DNA of 63,759 bases, counting the filler, from Chlamydiia bacterium (GTDB taxonomy: Bacteria; Chlamydiota; Chlamydiia; Chlamydiales; FEN-1388), in NCBI GenBank assembly GCA_903848235.1. It is 6 parts of 6 records of this genome, joined end to end, with 100 filler letters (N's around TTAATTAATTAA, not from the genome) between each part and the next. Parts side by side here need not be neighbours in the genome. Positions count along the whole stretch, not along the records: positions 4,132 to 28,335 come from CAINFV010000087.1; 5 more parts are not named here. One strand, 5' to 3'. Below, one piece after another: positions 10,581 through 20,371 of the stretch. Every line of letters begins with the position of its first letter. The first letter of the stretch is position 1. The notes beneath the pieces were generated by a model, which ran no database searches, was not told the origin of the DNA, and saw only the letters and a program-made list of their open reading frames with translations. A program made the position numbers and the translations under genes.

Positions 10581-11363
10581 TCACTCTATAAAACAGAGAT
10601 CCTGCCCAGGGAGATATCCCGTAGTGTGTGATGCTGTCTTTACTCGAACCCAATGACGACTTTCATCTGTACCCTGCACCTCTACCACTTCGCCAGGGCG
10701 CACCGTCGTCACCGAAGGCTCAGAGAAGACATTCTCCGATGATGCTCGCAAGGGAGCGGCGGAGACGACAACAGCCTGCGGTGAAACGACAAGCCCATAC
10801 CATGCCTGCGACATCAGAAGGGCGATCGTCAACATAGCAATAATACGCCATAGCCAGAGAAAGCCAAAAGAGGGTAGCCAGAGGTTCAGGGAAAAGAAAA
10901 CAAGGGTAATCGCGATGGCGCCAAGAGAGAGGCCGCTTCGCTCAAGAGGAGAACACCATCTGCCACCAAGAGCATCGACTAAAGGACGCTCCTGTTGCAG
11001 ATTGATAACATCAGCACGCAACAGAGCAACATGAAGATTTTTCAGAATGACAGCGTCTCTTGGCATCTGTACTTCTGCACGGCGAAAGTACCCGATCGCC
11101 GTCCCAAAATCACCTAAGTAGAAGTAGACACTTCCGATATTGTTCAGCAACATTCCCGAAGGATTCTCTTTGGAATAGGAGAGATAGATAGCCAGGGCTT
11201 CATTAAAAAGCTGCTGGCGCTCTTCTGGCGTTGTAGCGCGCTCAGCGGCAAGATACTTTTCATTTCCAAGTTCTACACGGGGAACGGGAGAAGAATCTGC
11301 CGCCCAACAACAAGAAAAGAAAGCACACCAGAAGACGGCTGCACCAAGAGTCATGTTTTTCAT
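10581..11363 (-). CDS. BatE-like TPR + TM + SH3 protein
   Basis: Signal peptide, TPR (LLNNIGSVYFYLGDFGTAIGYFRRA), two TMs, SH3b-like WVRVKT..TGYLP. Confidence 0.8.
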   Translation of the reverse strand: MKNMTLGAAVFWCAFFSCCWAADSSPVPRVELGNEKYLAAERATTPEERQQLFNEALAIYLSYSKENPSGMLLNNIGSVYFYLGDFGTAIGYFRRAEVQMPRDAVILKNLHVALLRADVINLQQERPLVDALGGRWCSPLERSGLSLGAIAITLVFFSLNLWLPSFGFLWLWRIIAMLTIALLMSQAWYGLVVSPQAVVVSAAPLRASSENVFSEPSVTTVRPGEVVEVQGTDESRHWVRVKTASHTTGYLPGQDLCFIE

Positions 11364-11382
11364 CGTGTAAGCCCTCTCTTCT

Positions 11383-13053
11383 CTATTTAGAATTTTTAAG
11401 CTGTTTAACCCGGAAATACAACGACGATGCCTCATCATAAATATCTTTGAGAGTCGTCCTCTCCCCACCAGCTTCATAGAGCTGACGATCGATCATTTGA
11501 AGCAGGGCCTTGACCTCTTCGACAAGTCCCTCTCCTGTAATCTCATTAGGAGAATCAACGATAGCAGGCGTCAGCCCTGCTTCAAAAAGCTGTACGTAAA
11601 ATGCCTGCCGTAACAGCTGTAATCCTTTTTCTCGTTTTGATCGATTCATTACAGCACGATAGAAAAGATCGCGGCTTGTCAGCTGTTTCTCCCCTTCCTG
11701 CCGAAACCGCCGGACTATACAAAACTCGAGAAGCCCCACGGCAATGGCAATCACTGTGGCAAGACAAATCCATAGTGGCGATACATAACGCACTGATGCT
11801 GTAGCATTATCAATTTCAAAGGGAGCAGACAGGACGCGTCCTGTGACAGGAACCTTCTTTTCTAGCTCTTTTTCCGCTTCTTTTGAGCCCTCCACCATTA
11901 GCTTAACAGGAGAGACAGCAGTGGTGAGATATTGTTCGGAGTATTGGTCAAAGGAAACGGCGAAAAAACCTGGTACCTCAACCGGCCCAAGCCGTTTCGG
12001 GCGCACCGTCAAAATAAATCTCTTCGTCCCTTCAATCTCTTCTCCTACTGGAGGCGACCCTTCGGTCCAAAACGAATCTGTCAATCCGGCGAGTCTGTCA
12101 AAAGAAGGGAAGCGAACCGTAGAAAGATCTCCTCTGCCTGAAACTCGATATTCAATCTGTACCGAATCTCCAACAGTCACAGAACTTCCGACAGGGGAGA
12201 CGCGCCATAAAAAAGACCCAAGGGCACCGTCAAAGGTCGAGGGCCTTTTGCCATCAGGAAAGGGAAGAATAGTGACAACGAATGATGGAGCTGTTGCTCG
12301 GTATAAAGGGGGGATCAGGCGCGGAGCGCCTTGCGAGAGCGCAAATCCCATGCCTTCTATCGTTGACACCCCAATTTCATACGTTCCTGGGACGGCCGCT
12401 TTTGCTCGCTGCCGGATGACCTGTACATAGCCATTGGCAGAGCCTTCTGTTGTCACTTCAGAAGCGCTGGTAGTCAAAAACCCTTGGATATTCAACATAG
12501 GAAGCTCTTCACGGAGAAGCTGCAACGACCCTTGGAAAAAAATCCGATATTCGAACACCACCTCTTGCCCTGGAAAGATCTTTGGCGGAGAGACCACCTT
12601 CGCTTCCAGCCGGAAGGTATTTGTGACGACGGCCGCCTGCACATTCATCGTTATGATATTCGAGTTATAGCGGACTCCTCCCACCAGAACAGTAATAGGA
12701 CCTGCGGTATAAACGCCTGCTTGCCGCTTCGGAAGAAAAACTCGGTAGCGGTTCACGACGAGTGATTCTTCATCCCCTTCCATTTCCGACCCTGGAGGAG
12801 TAACCTTTTCCTCTTGTAACACATCTACTTTCAACCCGCTTTCATCGAGTCGAAATGACTTCGTATCAACGCTCTGCTTTGCCATATGATCGATTGTAAT
12901 ATAAAGAGGTATCTCCCGGCCTTCTACCGATGTCTCCTCAGCAACGGAGATAGAGATTTTCGGTGGGAGATTGACAGTGTATGCTCCGAGCAGACACCAT
13001 GACACTGTGCAGGCGCAGACTAAAAAGAGTATATATTTCTTGAAAAAACTCAC
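11383..13053 (-). CDS. BatD-like protein
   Basis: Signal peptide, Ig-like beta domains, FDGALGSF..VTVGD..V.G.GDL, C-terminal TM; operon position. Confidence 0.75.
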   Translation of the reverse strand: MSFFKKYILFLVCACTVSWCLLGAYTVNLPPKISISVAEETSVEGREIPLYITIDHMAKQSVDTKSFRLDESGLKVDVLQEEKVTPPGSEMEGDEESLVVNRYRVFLPKRQAGVYTAGPITVLVGGVRYNSNIITMNVQAAVVTNTFRLEAKVVSPPKIFPGQEVVFEYRIFFQGSLQLLREELPMLNIQGFLTTSASEVTTEGSANGYVQVIRQRAKAAVPGTYEIGVSTIEGMGFALSQGAPRLIPPLYRATAPSFVVTILPFPDGKRPSTFDGALGSFLWRVSPVGSSVTVGDSVQIEYRVSGRGDLSTVRFPSFDRLAGLTDSFWTEGSPPVGEEIEGTKRFILTVRPKRLGPVEVPGFFAVSFDQYSEQYLTTAVSPVKLMVEGSKEAEKELEKKVPVTGRVLSAPFEIDNATASVRYVSPLWICLATVIAIAVGLLEFCIVRRFRQEGEKQLTSRDLFYRAVMNRSKREKGLQLLRQAFYVQLFEAGLTPAIVDSPNEITGEGLVEEVKALLQMIDRQLYEAGGERTTLKDIYDEASSLYFRVKQLKNSK

Positions 13054-13059
13054 AGCCTC

Positions 13060-15732
13060 TTACTCCCCATACAGTTCTCGATCTGACCTATCCATCTGCT
13101 GAAAGAGATGAATAGCGTCCTCCCCGCGAATTGAAAAATTCTTCCCAAGCTCCCCGGATCTCACCTCTGGCATCTGCGAGGCCTCAGGCTCTGTTGCACT
13201 CTCTCGCAATAGCGCTTGCAGCCTACGGAGAACGCCGGCGCTAGCCTCTACTTCTTGTTTGACTTTTTGCAGGCGGAATGTCGATGGCTCTGCTATTCGC
13301 TGCTGCACATTGCCACAGATAGCATTCCACTCCCCGAGCAGCTGATCGTAGGTCGCTCTTTTCTTCTGGTTGTTCTGAAAAATCTCTGCGCCATTGAGCT
13401 CCCCGAAGATAAGCGGCTGGATGGAGAAGATAAGGACAAGCGAACGCAGCGCACTGTCATTCGGAGACGACAATCGCGATGAGAGTTCTGAAAAGAGCAT
13501 CTCCAGATGATCTATATCCCAGCTCACGGCCTGCGGGGTGTCAACAGCGCCCTGTGCCACCTGCCACAAGCGACCTGTTAACACAGGGTCTAACGCCATG
13601 GGTTCATCACCAACGCCTCGTGCCATCACCGCAGAAAGCGACTGCCCTCCGGCCCTTGCTTGGAGCAGATACGGCATGATAAGAGCGAAGAGACGCGGCG
13701 TCCACCGTTCGGGGTCTTTTTCAGTATACAGAAGAACAGTGTCTATAGCGTCTCCTGGATCCTGAACATACCAGAAAGCGAGGGCTTTATGAAGGAGCTC
13801 TTCAAGCGGATCTTTCGTCATCAGCGAGCTTCCAGACAAAGAGAGGACGGAGGCTACCAAAGTCGCTAAGGCTTTGCGGGCAACCATACTCGATGGAACG
13901 TCAATCTCTTGGCAGAGCAGCATGGCCATAGGTTTTAGTTGTTGAGGAGAATTATTTTGCATTGCCGGCCATAAGACAGCTCTTGCATACCAGGAAGCAG
14001 CTCGCTGTTCTCCATCGCCTGTCGGCAGCCCTAAGAGCCATGAAAAAACTCGCTGCTGCTGTTCAGCAAGAGCTGGAATAGCGGCGGTGAGGATCGCCGA
14101 CACAAGTGCGAGGTCTTCCTTAGCAGCAGCGGCTTCTTTCGGAAAATAGATTGCCCTATGTGCCGAGAGCGACGCTTGATCCAGGAGAACTTTTATGCCT
14201 TCGTTCACTGTCGGAGAAGCGGCAAAATCATACCAAATGCGAATGGTGGAAATCGTCTTCTGCCGTTGTCCCATATTAAAAGAGAAGAGCGCAAGCACCT
14301 CCTTAGGCCATGCAGCAGCCAACACCCCTTCAACACCATCATTCATCTGCTGTGCAAGAAGAAAGGCTGCCGTCGTCAGTGAAGAGCTCCCACCATCTAT
14401 GCTCTCATACATATTCTCCTCAAGCCACCGCAACGTACGACGGACAGCTTCGAGGTCTGTAACGTCAACAGCAGGGGAAAACAGCGCAAGGGTTGCAGCT
14501 GCCGCTATCTCTTTGGGAACTTTCGGCTTTTGTTGGAGCCATTCGCGCAGAATTTTCTTTTGTTGCAGTTGTGTCTGATGATCTGCACTAGTCTCCACAA
14601 GCCTCGTCGCAATTAATCCAAGAAGAGTGTCTCTTTGAGGAATAGCAGCATTAGGTGATGAAGGAGGCTCCATATTCAACCATTGCAAGGCATCGGCATC
14701 ATTATTCTGCAGATATGAGAGAAGAGCTCTGTCATACAACAGCCTCTGGCGAGCCTGGGGATTGACAACAGTGGTTAACAGCTCTTCTATTGCTCTTTGA
14801 CTTCCTGTAAAGTCATGCGCTTCTGCTAAATGGACAGCATCTTGCACCATGGCATTTGCCCCTACGTCGGTAACAGAAAACGCCTGTGAAAAAGATGCCA
14901 AAGCCATTCCTAACGCAAACAGCGGCGCTGTCCCACGTCTCCACATCACAAAACACAGCCATGCAAGGCCTGTGCATAGTGCCATGAGAAACGATTCTGT
15001 AGAATCTGGAACTGTTGGCATTGCAGAGCGGTTCAGACGTTCGAGAATCTTCACAGCAGTATTTCCCACTGTAAGCCCATTAAAAGAGAGGCTTACCTCA
15101 CGCAAGGCACAGCGAACACCTTCTATGCTCACCTCAATACTCGCGACAGCATCAAGCCCCTCTTTCCCAGCTGCAAGTGCCATAGGACCTACCACGACAA
15201 CCCAGGGAGGAATCCCAGGAAAGCGACCCACAACATCATTTTGGATGGCAGACAGCGTGAGGCCGCTAACCATCGATGGCGATGAGACAATACCGTCTAA
15301 CTGCAATTCAAAGAACAGCCTATCGATCGTTGGAGGGACGACAAGATGAACCGCACTGCCCCGTAGCTCATAGAGAGATAAGGTGACTCCAGGAAGCCGT
15401 CGAATCAAGTCAATAACAGCCCCTTTTTCAACGGCAAGCTGTTGCGAGGGGTTGCTCTCGGATGGTAGCGTCTTTGTATCAATAACAACAGCCACCCCTT
15501 GTACTGACCCGAAGAACTGCCGATGGGCCCCTGATAGCGACAGGCCGAGGAACAACGCCATAAGAGAGGTGATAAAGAGCATGCGGTAGAGGCGTTTGCG
15601 CTCCCGCCCTTCTCTATCAAGGGGCTGCTCGAGAACCTCCCTCACACGGCGCTCTCGCATTCCCATCACAAACTCTCCGATGATAGCCATAACCCCGACG
15701 ATCAGCGCAAATGCCATCCATATGGTACTCAT
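13060..15732 (-). CDS. Large BatB-like membrane protein (degenerate VWA + TPR/helical region)
   Basis: ATGA overlap with the VWA gene; VAVVIDT and VVPPTID remnants of VWA; TMs; TPR-like LLYDRALLSYLQ. Confidence 0.65.
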   Translation of the reverse strand: MSTIWMAFALIVGVMAIIGEFVMGMRERRVREVLEQPLDREGRERKRLYRMLFITSLMALFLGLSLSGAHRQFFGSVQGVAVVIDTKTLPSESNPSQQLAVEKGAVIDLIRRLPGVTLSLYELRGSAVHLVVPPTIDRLFFELQLDGIVSSPSMVSGLTLSAIQNDVVGRFPGIPPWVVVVGPMALAAGKEGLDAVASIEVSIEGVRCALREVSLSFNGLTVGNTAVKILERLNRSAMPTVPDSTESFLMALCTGLAWLCFVMWRRGTAPLFALGMALASFSQAFSVTDVGANAMVQDAVHLAEAHDFTGSQRAIEELLTTVVNPQARQRLLYDRALLSYLQNNDADALQWLNMEPPSSPNAAIPQRDTLLGLIATRLVETSADHQTQLQQKKILREWLQQKPKVPKEIAAAATLALFSPAVDVTDLEAVRRTLRWLEENMYESIDGGSSSLTTAAFLLAQQMNDGVEGVLAAAWPKEVLALFSFNMGQRQKTISTIRIWYDFAASPTVNEGIKVLLDQASLSAHRAIYFPKEAAAAKEDLALVSAILTAAIPALAEQQQRVFSWLLGLPTGDGEQRAASWYARAVLWPAMQNNSPQQLKPMAMLLCQEIDVPSSMVARKALATLVASVLSLSGSSLMTKDPLEELLHKALAFWYVQDPGDAIDTVLLYTEKDPERWTPRLFALIMPYLLQARAGGQSLSAVMARGVGDEPMALDPVLTGRLWQVAQGAVDTPQAVSWDIDHLEMLFSELSSRLSSPNDSALRSLVLIFSIQPLIFGELNGAEIFQNNQKKRATYDQLLGEWNAICGNVQQRIAEPSTFRLQKVKQEVEASAGVLRRLQALLRESATEPEASQMPEVRSGELGKNFSIRGEDAIHLFQQMDRSDRELYGE

Positions 15733-16781
15733 CGTACAACCCTCATCACAACAGTCTCCAGCAAACGAGAAAGTGAAATCGAGACAAGGGCAATGGCAAT
15801 CAGCCAAAAGGCAAGCTCTGCTCTATTTTCCATGGGAGGAGGGGCATGCTGCCGTTCAACAGATTCGGCTATCTGGCTCATCACCTGGCCGAGATTTTGT
15901 CCGATGGTAACTTCAAAATACCGCCCTCCTGTTGCCTCCACGGCGTTTACAAGACGGCTTCTCTCTTCCTGTGATAACTGCTGGTAGCTATGTTTATCAA
16001 CATTCACATAGTTGACTCTCACCTTATTTTCCCTAGCATAGTCCAGGGCCTGATAGGTTCGCATCGATCGAAAAGGATCAGATCGATCTGCTGGGTTTGG
16101 CTCTTCGAGGCCATCGGTAATAAGGATAACGGTATTTCCAATCAGTGGAGATCCTTCCTTCCTCTCTTCTTCTGTCCCTGCAAAAGAGCGACACGCAATG
16201 ATGAGAGAGACGGACTTGAAAATTGCATATCCTATCGACGTTCCATTGAGACGATCTACCGTTTCTGGAGTGATCTTCTTAATCACATCGCTAAGAAAGG
16301 ATCTATCTCGTGACAGCGGCACGTCAATTCTCGCAGCGCGCGCAAAGGTCACGAGCCCCATGAAGTCGCTCTGTCCCCCGCCATCATCTATTGACGTCAC
16401 ACACTGCTCAATTCCTTCTTTGACAACGCTCATCTTTGAGCGCTGCTGGCTGTCGGGCATAGGCTCGGCCATTGATCCAGATCGGTCAATGACAAAAAAG
16501 AGCACCCGAGAGTCTGCAGGTGATAAAGGAGGTGGTGTCCATGTCGAAGACCAGAGATATTTTTCAAGAGGGCCGCTTCCTACTAAGCAATAGACGAAGG
16601 CCCATGAAAGAAAGAACAGCGCAGCGATATGAAAGAGAAATGAAAGCCCACGAATGATCAAGGGGGGGCGTGTTGCCGGCATCCACTCCGCTATAGGCAA
16701 TTGAAGAGAAGATTTCTGTTTTCCCTTCTTCATCTGCGTGATGACAAACAACGTCACCGCGACGACAATCACCCACCACAT
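15729..16781 (-). CDS. VWA-domain membrane protein (BatA-like)
   Basis: MIDAS motif DRSGSM, GLVTFA, GTSIGYAI, ILITDG, TGGRYF; N- and C-terminal TMs. Confidence 0.9.
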   Translation of the reverse strand: MWWVIVVAVTLFVITQMKKGKQKSSLQLPIAEWMPATRPPLIIRGLSFLFHIAALFFLSWAFVYCLVGSGPLEKYLWSSTWTPPPLSPADSRVLFFVIDRSGSMAEPMPDSQQRSKMSVVKEGIEQCVTSIDDGGGQSDFMGLVTFARAARIDVPLSRDRSFLSDVIKKITPETVDRLNGTSIGYAIFKSVSLIIACRSFAGTEEERKEGSPLIGNTVILITDGLEEPNPADRSDPFRSMRTYQALDYARENKVRVNYVNVDKHSYQQLSQEERSRLVNAVEATGGRYFEVTIGQNLGQVMSQIAESVERQHAPPPMENRAELAFWLIAIALVSISLSRLLETVVMRVVR

Positions 16782-16824
16782 CTCAATGTGCTCCGCTCTG
16801 CGAAATTGGGCTAAAAAAATGCTC

Positions 16825-16984
16825 TACCTCTTCTTGTTCAAGAATCGGATTTCACGCTTAGAAAAAGCCTCGAGATTCGATCGATCAAAAAGGAGCCCAT
16901 ATTGCAATATTGGCCCCTTTTTGATCAGCGAATCGCGAGAGCTTTTTCTTAAGCGTCAAACCGATTCTTGAACAAGAAGAGGTA
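16825..16984. mobile_element. Palindromic MITE-like element, family A (160 bp)
   Basis: 24-bp perfect terminal IR tacctcttcttgttcaagaatcgg / ccgattcttgaacaagaagaggta; pairing continues to the centre; TA at both ends. Confidence 0.8.
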
Positions 16985-17156
16985 TAAAATCCAGTTCACA
17001 CCCTCTTATCTCTTCTGTCCCTATTAATGCAAACCTGACTTTACCCAGTAACAGCAAAAAAAGATCACTGTTGTGAGAAAACCCATAGTAAGCGACAATT
17101 TTGTGAAATGTTTTTCGATTTTTAACCTAAGTTGAGGACATATAACGAAACCAAAA

Positions 17157-17900
17157 ATGGTCGATCTCCATACACCCCCCCCTTCAGCAGCATCTGTTCG
17201 GAATGGGCGTCTCATCTGTATGGTGGGGCTACCCTGTTCTGGAAAATCATCTGTCGCAAGGGAATTAGGAACCCTCTTGGGGGTGACAACATTCCGTGAG
17301 CCTGAAGAAGAATTCTGGGCCGAGTGCGTGACACGACGGGATCTCTCTGGTAGATTTGGCGCTCACACGTGGTTTCGGTCCACACGCACCTGTCAACTCT
17401 ATCAAGCAGAGCAGCTTGCCAATCAGGGCAACACTGTCCTCGTCGATTCCTACCTTGATAAACTCTTATATTTTTGTCTTGGCAAACGTGGCATGGACTG
17501 GCTCTTACACCCTGACGACCCCTACTTCGATATCGCTCGCAATCTCGCACACATTGACTTAGATACCTTGCCGTTGGCTGACTGCATCATTTTTTTCGAC
17601 TTAGAATATCAGACATGGCATCAACTTCTCCAAACACGCTCTCGAAAAATTGAGAGTGGGTTATTTAATGATGACGTTTTTTATATGCAGGACTATCTTA
17701 GATCAGGAATAGAGTTTTTAAAAAACACTCATGGTGTTGCAACGGTCACAATAAAAAATAATTTTGGCTCTCCAAAAGAGACCGCTGAAAGACTTAAAAA
17801 GATTCTCGCGCACGACACATTCGCGTCTTCACATCATTGCGCCTGTCTCGGGGATGCAAGAGAAAAGAAAGAGAGGGATGCCGATGAAAGCCTGTTGTAA
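17157..17900 (+). CDS. Deoxynucleoside-kinase-like P-loop kinase (copy 1)
   Basis: GLPCSGKSS, FREP, LVDSY, ADCIIFFD, lid TRSRKIE. Confidence 0.75.
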   Translation: MVDLHTPPPSAASVRNGRLICMVGLPCSGKSSVARELGTLLGVTTFREPEEEFWAECVTRRDLSGRFGAHTWFRSTRTCQLYQAEQLANQGNTVLVDSYLDKLLYFCLGKRGMDWLLHPDDPYFDIARNLAHIDLDTLPLADCIIFFDLEYQTWHQLLQTRSRKIESGLFNDDVFYMQDYLRSGIEFLKNTHGVATVTIKNNFGSPKETAERLKKILAHDTFASSHHCACLGDAREKKERDADESLL

Positions 17901-18606
17901 CCTGGTGCTCTATATCTTCCTCTTCGGCCTCAACACCTCTCATCTGGTGTGCAGTCAAGCTCAAAAAGGGCTCATCATCACAGCCGTTGGATTGCCGGGT
18001 TCTGGCAAATCTTCTGCGATGAAAGAACTAGCAGAGCTGATCGATGGCTCATGCTTTTGCGAGCCGGAAGGAAAAGACTGGACAGATGCCGCAACTCTCA
18101 GGCACATCTCTGGAAGCTTTACAATGATCACCTGGTTTCGGTCATTGCGCGTCCCGATGTTATACCGGGCAAGCCAGTTACGAGCGGTAGGCGAAATTGC
18201 CATAACAGATCGCTACTATGATAAATTACTCGCCTATTATATCGGGAAGCCGGGCATGGAGTGGCTTATCAACCCCTCTGACCCCTATTATGACATTATG
18301 GTTGCCATCGCAAAGAAGGATTGGGAGCAGCTACCAACGGCTGATGTAATTGTATTCTTTGAAGTCTCCTATGACTTATGGAAAAACTTCCTTACGAAGC
18401 GAGATCGTCTCCAAGATGCCAATCCTCGACTTCTTGAAAGCTTCTCCACGCAAGAACTCTTTTTCAATGCGTGCAAAAAACTTGCCGATGAAAAGAACAT
18501 CATTCTCATCACGATCAAGCAAGAGTGGTCTTCGCCTAGAGCTACCGCAGAAAAAATCAGAGATATTCTGTATGCCAAAGGCATAGTACAGCCTCATAAA
18601 CCCTAG
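17884..18606 (+). CDS. Deoxynucleoside-kinase-like P-loop kinase (copy 2, possible signal peptide)
   Basis: GLPGSGKSS, FCEP, ITDRY, ADVIVFFE, KRDR; paralogous to copy 1 (TWFRS.R, GM.WL..P.DPY.DI). Confidence 0.75.
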   Translation: MKACCNLVLYIFLFGLNTSHLVCSQAQKGLIITAVGLPGSGKSSAMKELAELIDGSCFCEPEGKDWTDAATLRHISGSFTMITWFRSLRVPMLYRASQLRAVGEIAITDRYYDKLLAYYIGKPGMEWLINPSDPYYDIMVAIAKKDWEQLPTADVIVFFEVSYDLWKNFLTKRDRLQDANPRLLESFSTQELFFNACKKLADEKNIILITIKQEWSSPRATAEKIRDILYAKGIVQPHKP

Positions 18607-18619
18607 ACCATCGCATATC

Positions 18620-20182
18620 ATGAAAATATTTGAAGCCTATGATGTCTTGAAGAGCGGCGATGCCGTATCGCCGGATCTCATCTCAACTCTCATCGATACT
18701 CACGAGGCTATTGCCACTCATCAATGGTCATCGTTGACTGCCTTTTTACTCTCTAAAACAGCAACTCCTCACGAACAGAGCCTTCTCTCATGGATCTTCG
18801 AACACATACCGATATGCCATGAGATGGCGAGGATAGACAGAGGAGAGGAGAGAGGCGATGAGATGGAGAGAACCTTTCTTCGAAAGCTCAACGCCCGCGA
18901 AGAAGTCGGCGAGGAGTGCATTCGATGGTGGATTTCAGGTATCGTCACCGGCACCATCTCAACAGATCGTATTGCTTTTTTTCTCGGAAAAATAACCTGC
19001 TGCGGGATGCATAGCGATGACCTACGACGCTGCATTCAGGCAATGGTAGCCTCTGGCACCATCTATGACTATAGAAATCTCAGAGAGCTAGAATTTCGGA
19101 AAATCATTCGCCGCTACCCTACTGGCGCTCTTTCCGAAAAGGGGGCTCTTGTCTTGCCCGCCCTCCTCGCTTCCATACGAGATCAGTTTCCTGTTTCCAC
19201 GCCATTTCTCGTCGCCCGCTCTCTGAGTTTTACTGGCGGCACCTGGGATAAGCTCTCGAGCATCCCCGGCTTTTGCTTTCCCTCTCCTGGTGAAGAATCC
19301 ATTCTTGCCATGCAAAGGTGCGGCGTCGCCATGACCGTAACCCATCATGATGCCAATCCAGCCGACAGAATTTTATATCAACTGCGAAGCCAGACGGGGA
19401 CTGTTGAATGCGATGACCTCATCATCTCAAGCATCGTCAGCAAGCAGCTTACCTTCCCTGTCGATGAACTGTTACTAGATGTGCGGTATGGCTCTGGCGC
19501 CTTTCTGCCGACTCAAGAACGAGCGGCACATGTAGGGTCCGCCATGGCACAGGCCCTTCGCACGACAGGCGTTCCTACTTCGTACTCCTTGACAGATGCC
19601 TCTGAGCCTAATGGCTCTGCCATTGGCAACGCCTTAGAAATCATTGAAGCGTTCACGATCCTCAACGGCTGCCCGTCTACCACATGGAATCAACACGGCC
19701 TTCAAAAACAAAGAGACATTGCACTCAGACTTTTTAGCATCTTGCTGCACAACACCTTTCCCCATGTCTCAGAGGCAAGATTCCATGAAATAGGAGAAGA
19801 GTCGCTAAACACCGGCAAGGCTCTGCGTTCTTTTTTGGCTATGCTCCACCACCATTGCGTCCCGGAATCTGTGATAGAGGCCCTGCAGAAAGACCCATGG
19901 CAAGCCCTCCTTCCAGGGCTGTCTGCCACCCCCGTTCCCTCACCACGGTCAGGCACTCTGCGCTCCATTGATCAAAAGAAGCTGGGAAATCTGGTGAACT
20001 TTTCCCTCTCCCCAATTGGCGATGGGAAAACAGATACTCGAGCTGGCGTCCAGCTCAACAAGAGGCTGGGAGACACTGTCAATGTCAACGAGCCATTGGC
20101 ATGGGTTTTCTCTCACAAGGCAACAGCCAGCTATCTTCAAGAAATTCTCTCGTGCTTCGCCTTCTCTACCGACCGCTCGTAA
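18620..20182 (+). CDS. Thymidine/pyrimidine-nucleoside phosphorylase homologue with N-terminal extension and divergent phosphate site
   Basis: TGGTWDKLSSIPGF, PADRILYQLR, LLLDVRYGSGAF, AIGNALEIIEA, AGVQLNKRLGD. Confidence 0.85.
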   Translation: MKIFEAYDVLKSGDAVSPDLISTLIDTHEAIATHQWSSLTAFLLSKTATPHEQSLLSWIFEHIPICHEMARIDRGEERGDEMERTFLRKLNAREEVGEECIRWWISGIVTGTISTDRIAFFLGKITCCGMHSDDLRRCIQAMVASGTIYDYRNLRELEFRKIIRRYPTGALSEKGALVLPALLASIRDQFPVSTPFLVARSLSFTGGTWDKLSSIPGFCFPSPGEESILAMQRCGVAMTVTHHDANPADRILYQLRSQTGTVECDDLIISSIVSKQLTFPVDELLLDVRYGSGAFLPTQERAAHVGSAMAQALRTTGVPTSYSLTDASEPNGSAIGNALEIIEAFTILNGCPSTTWNQHGLQKQRDIALRLFSILLHNTFPHVSEARFHEIGEESLNTGKALRSFLAMLHHHCVPESVIEALQKDPWQALLPGLSATPVPSPRSGTLRSIDQKKLGNLVNFSLSPIGDGKTDTRAGVQLNKRLGDTVNVNEPLAWVFSHKATASYLQEILSCFAFSTDRS

Positions 20183-20371
20183 GGAGTCGAGAGAGAATAA
20201 GCTCTACAATTTAGACTTTTTTTATTGACTGGCTATCAGATAGCATGGTAATTCATATTGCGCACGTTTTGTCTTAACCCGAGTTTATGAGTTAGGGATG
20301 GACCTATGGCGCAGAAGTCAAGACAGCAAAGAACAGACTTTGTACATATATCACTAAAGAGATTGTAGGCC

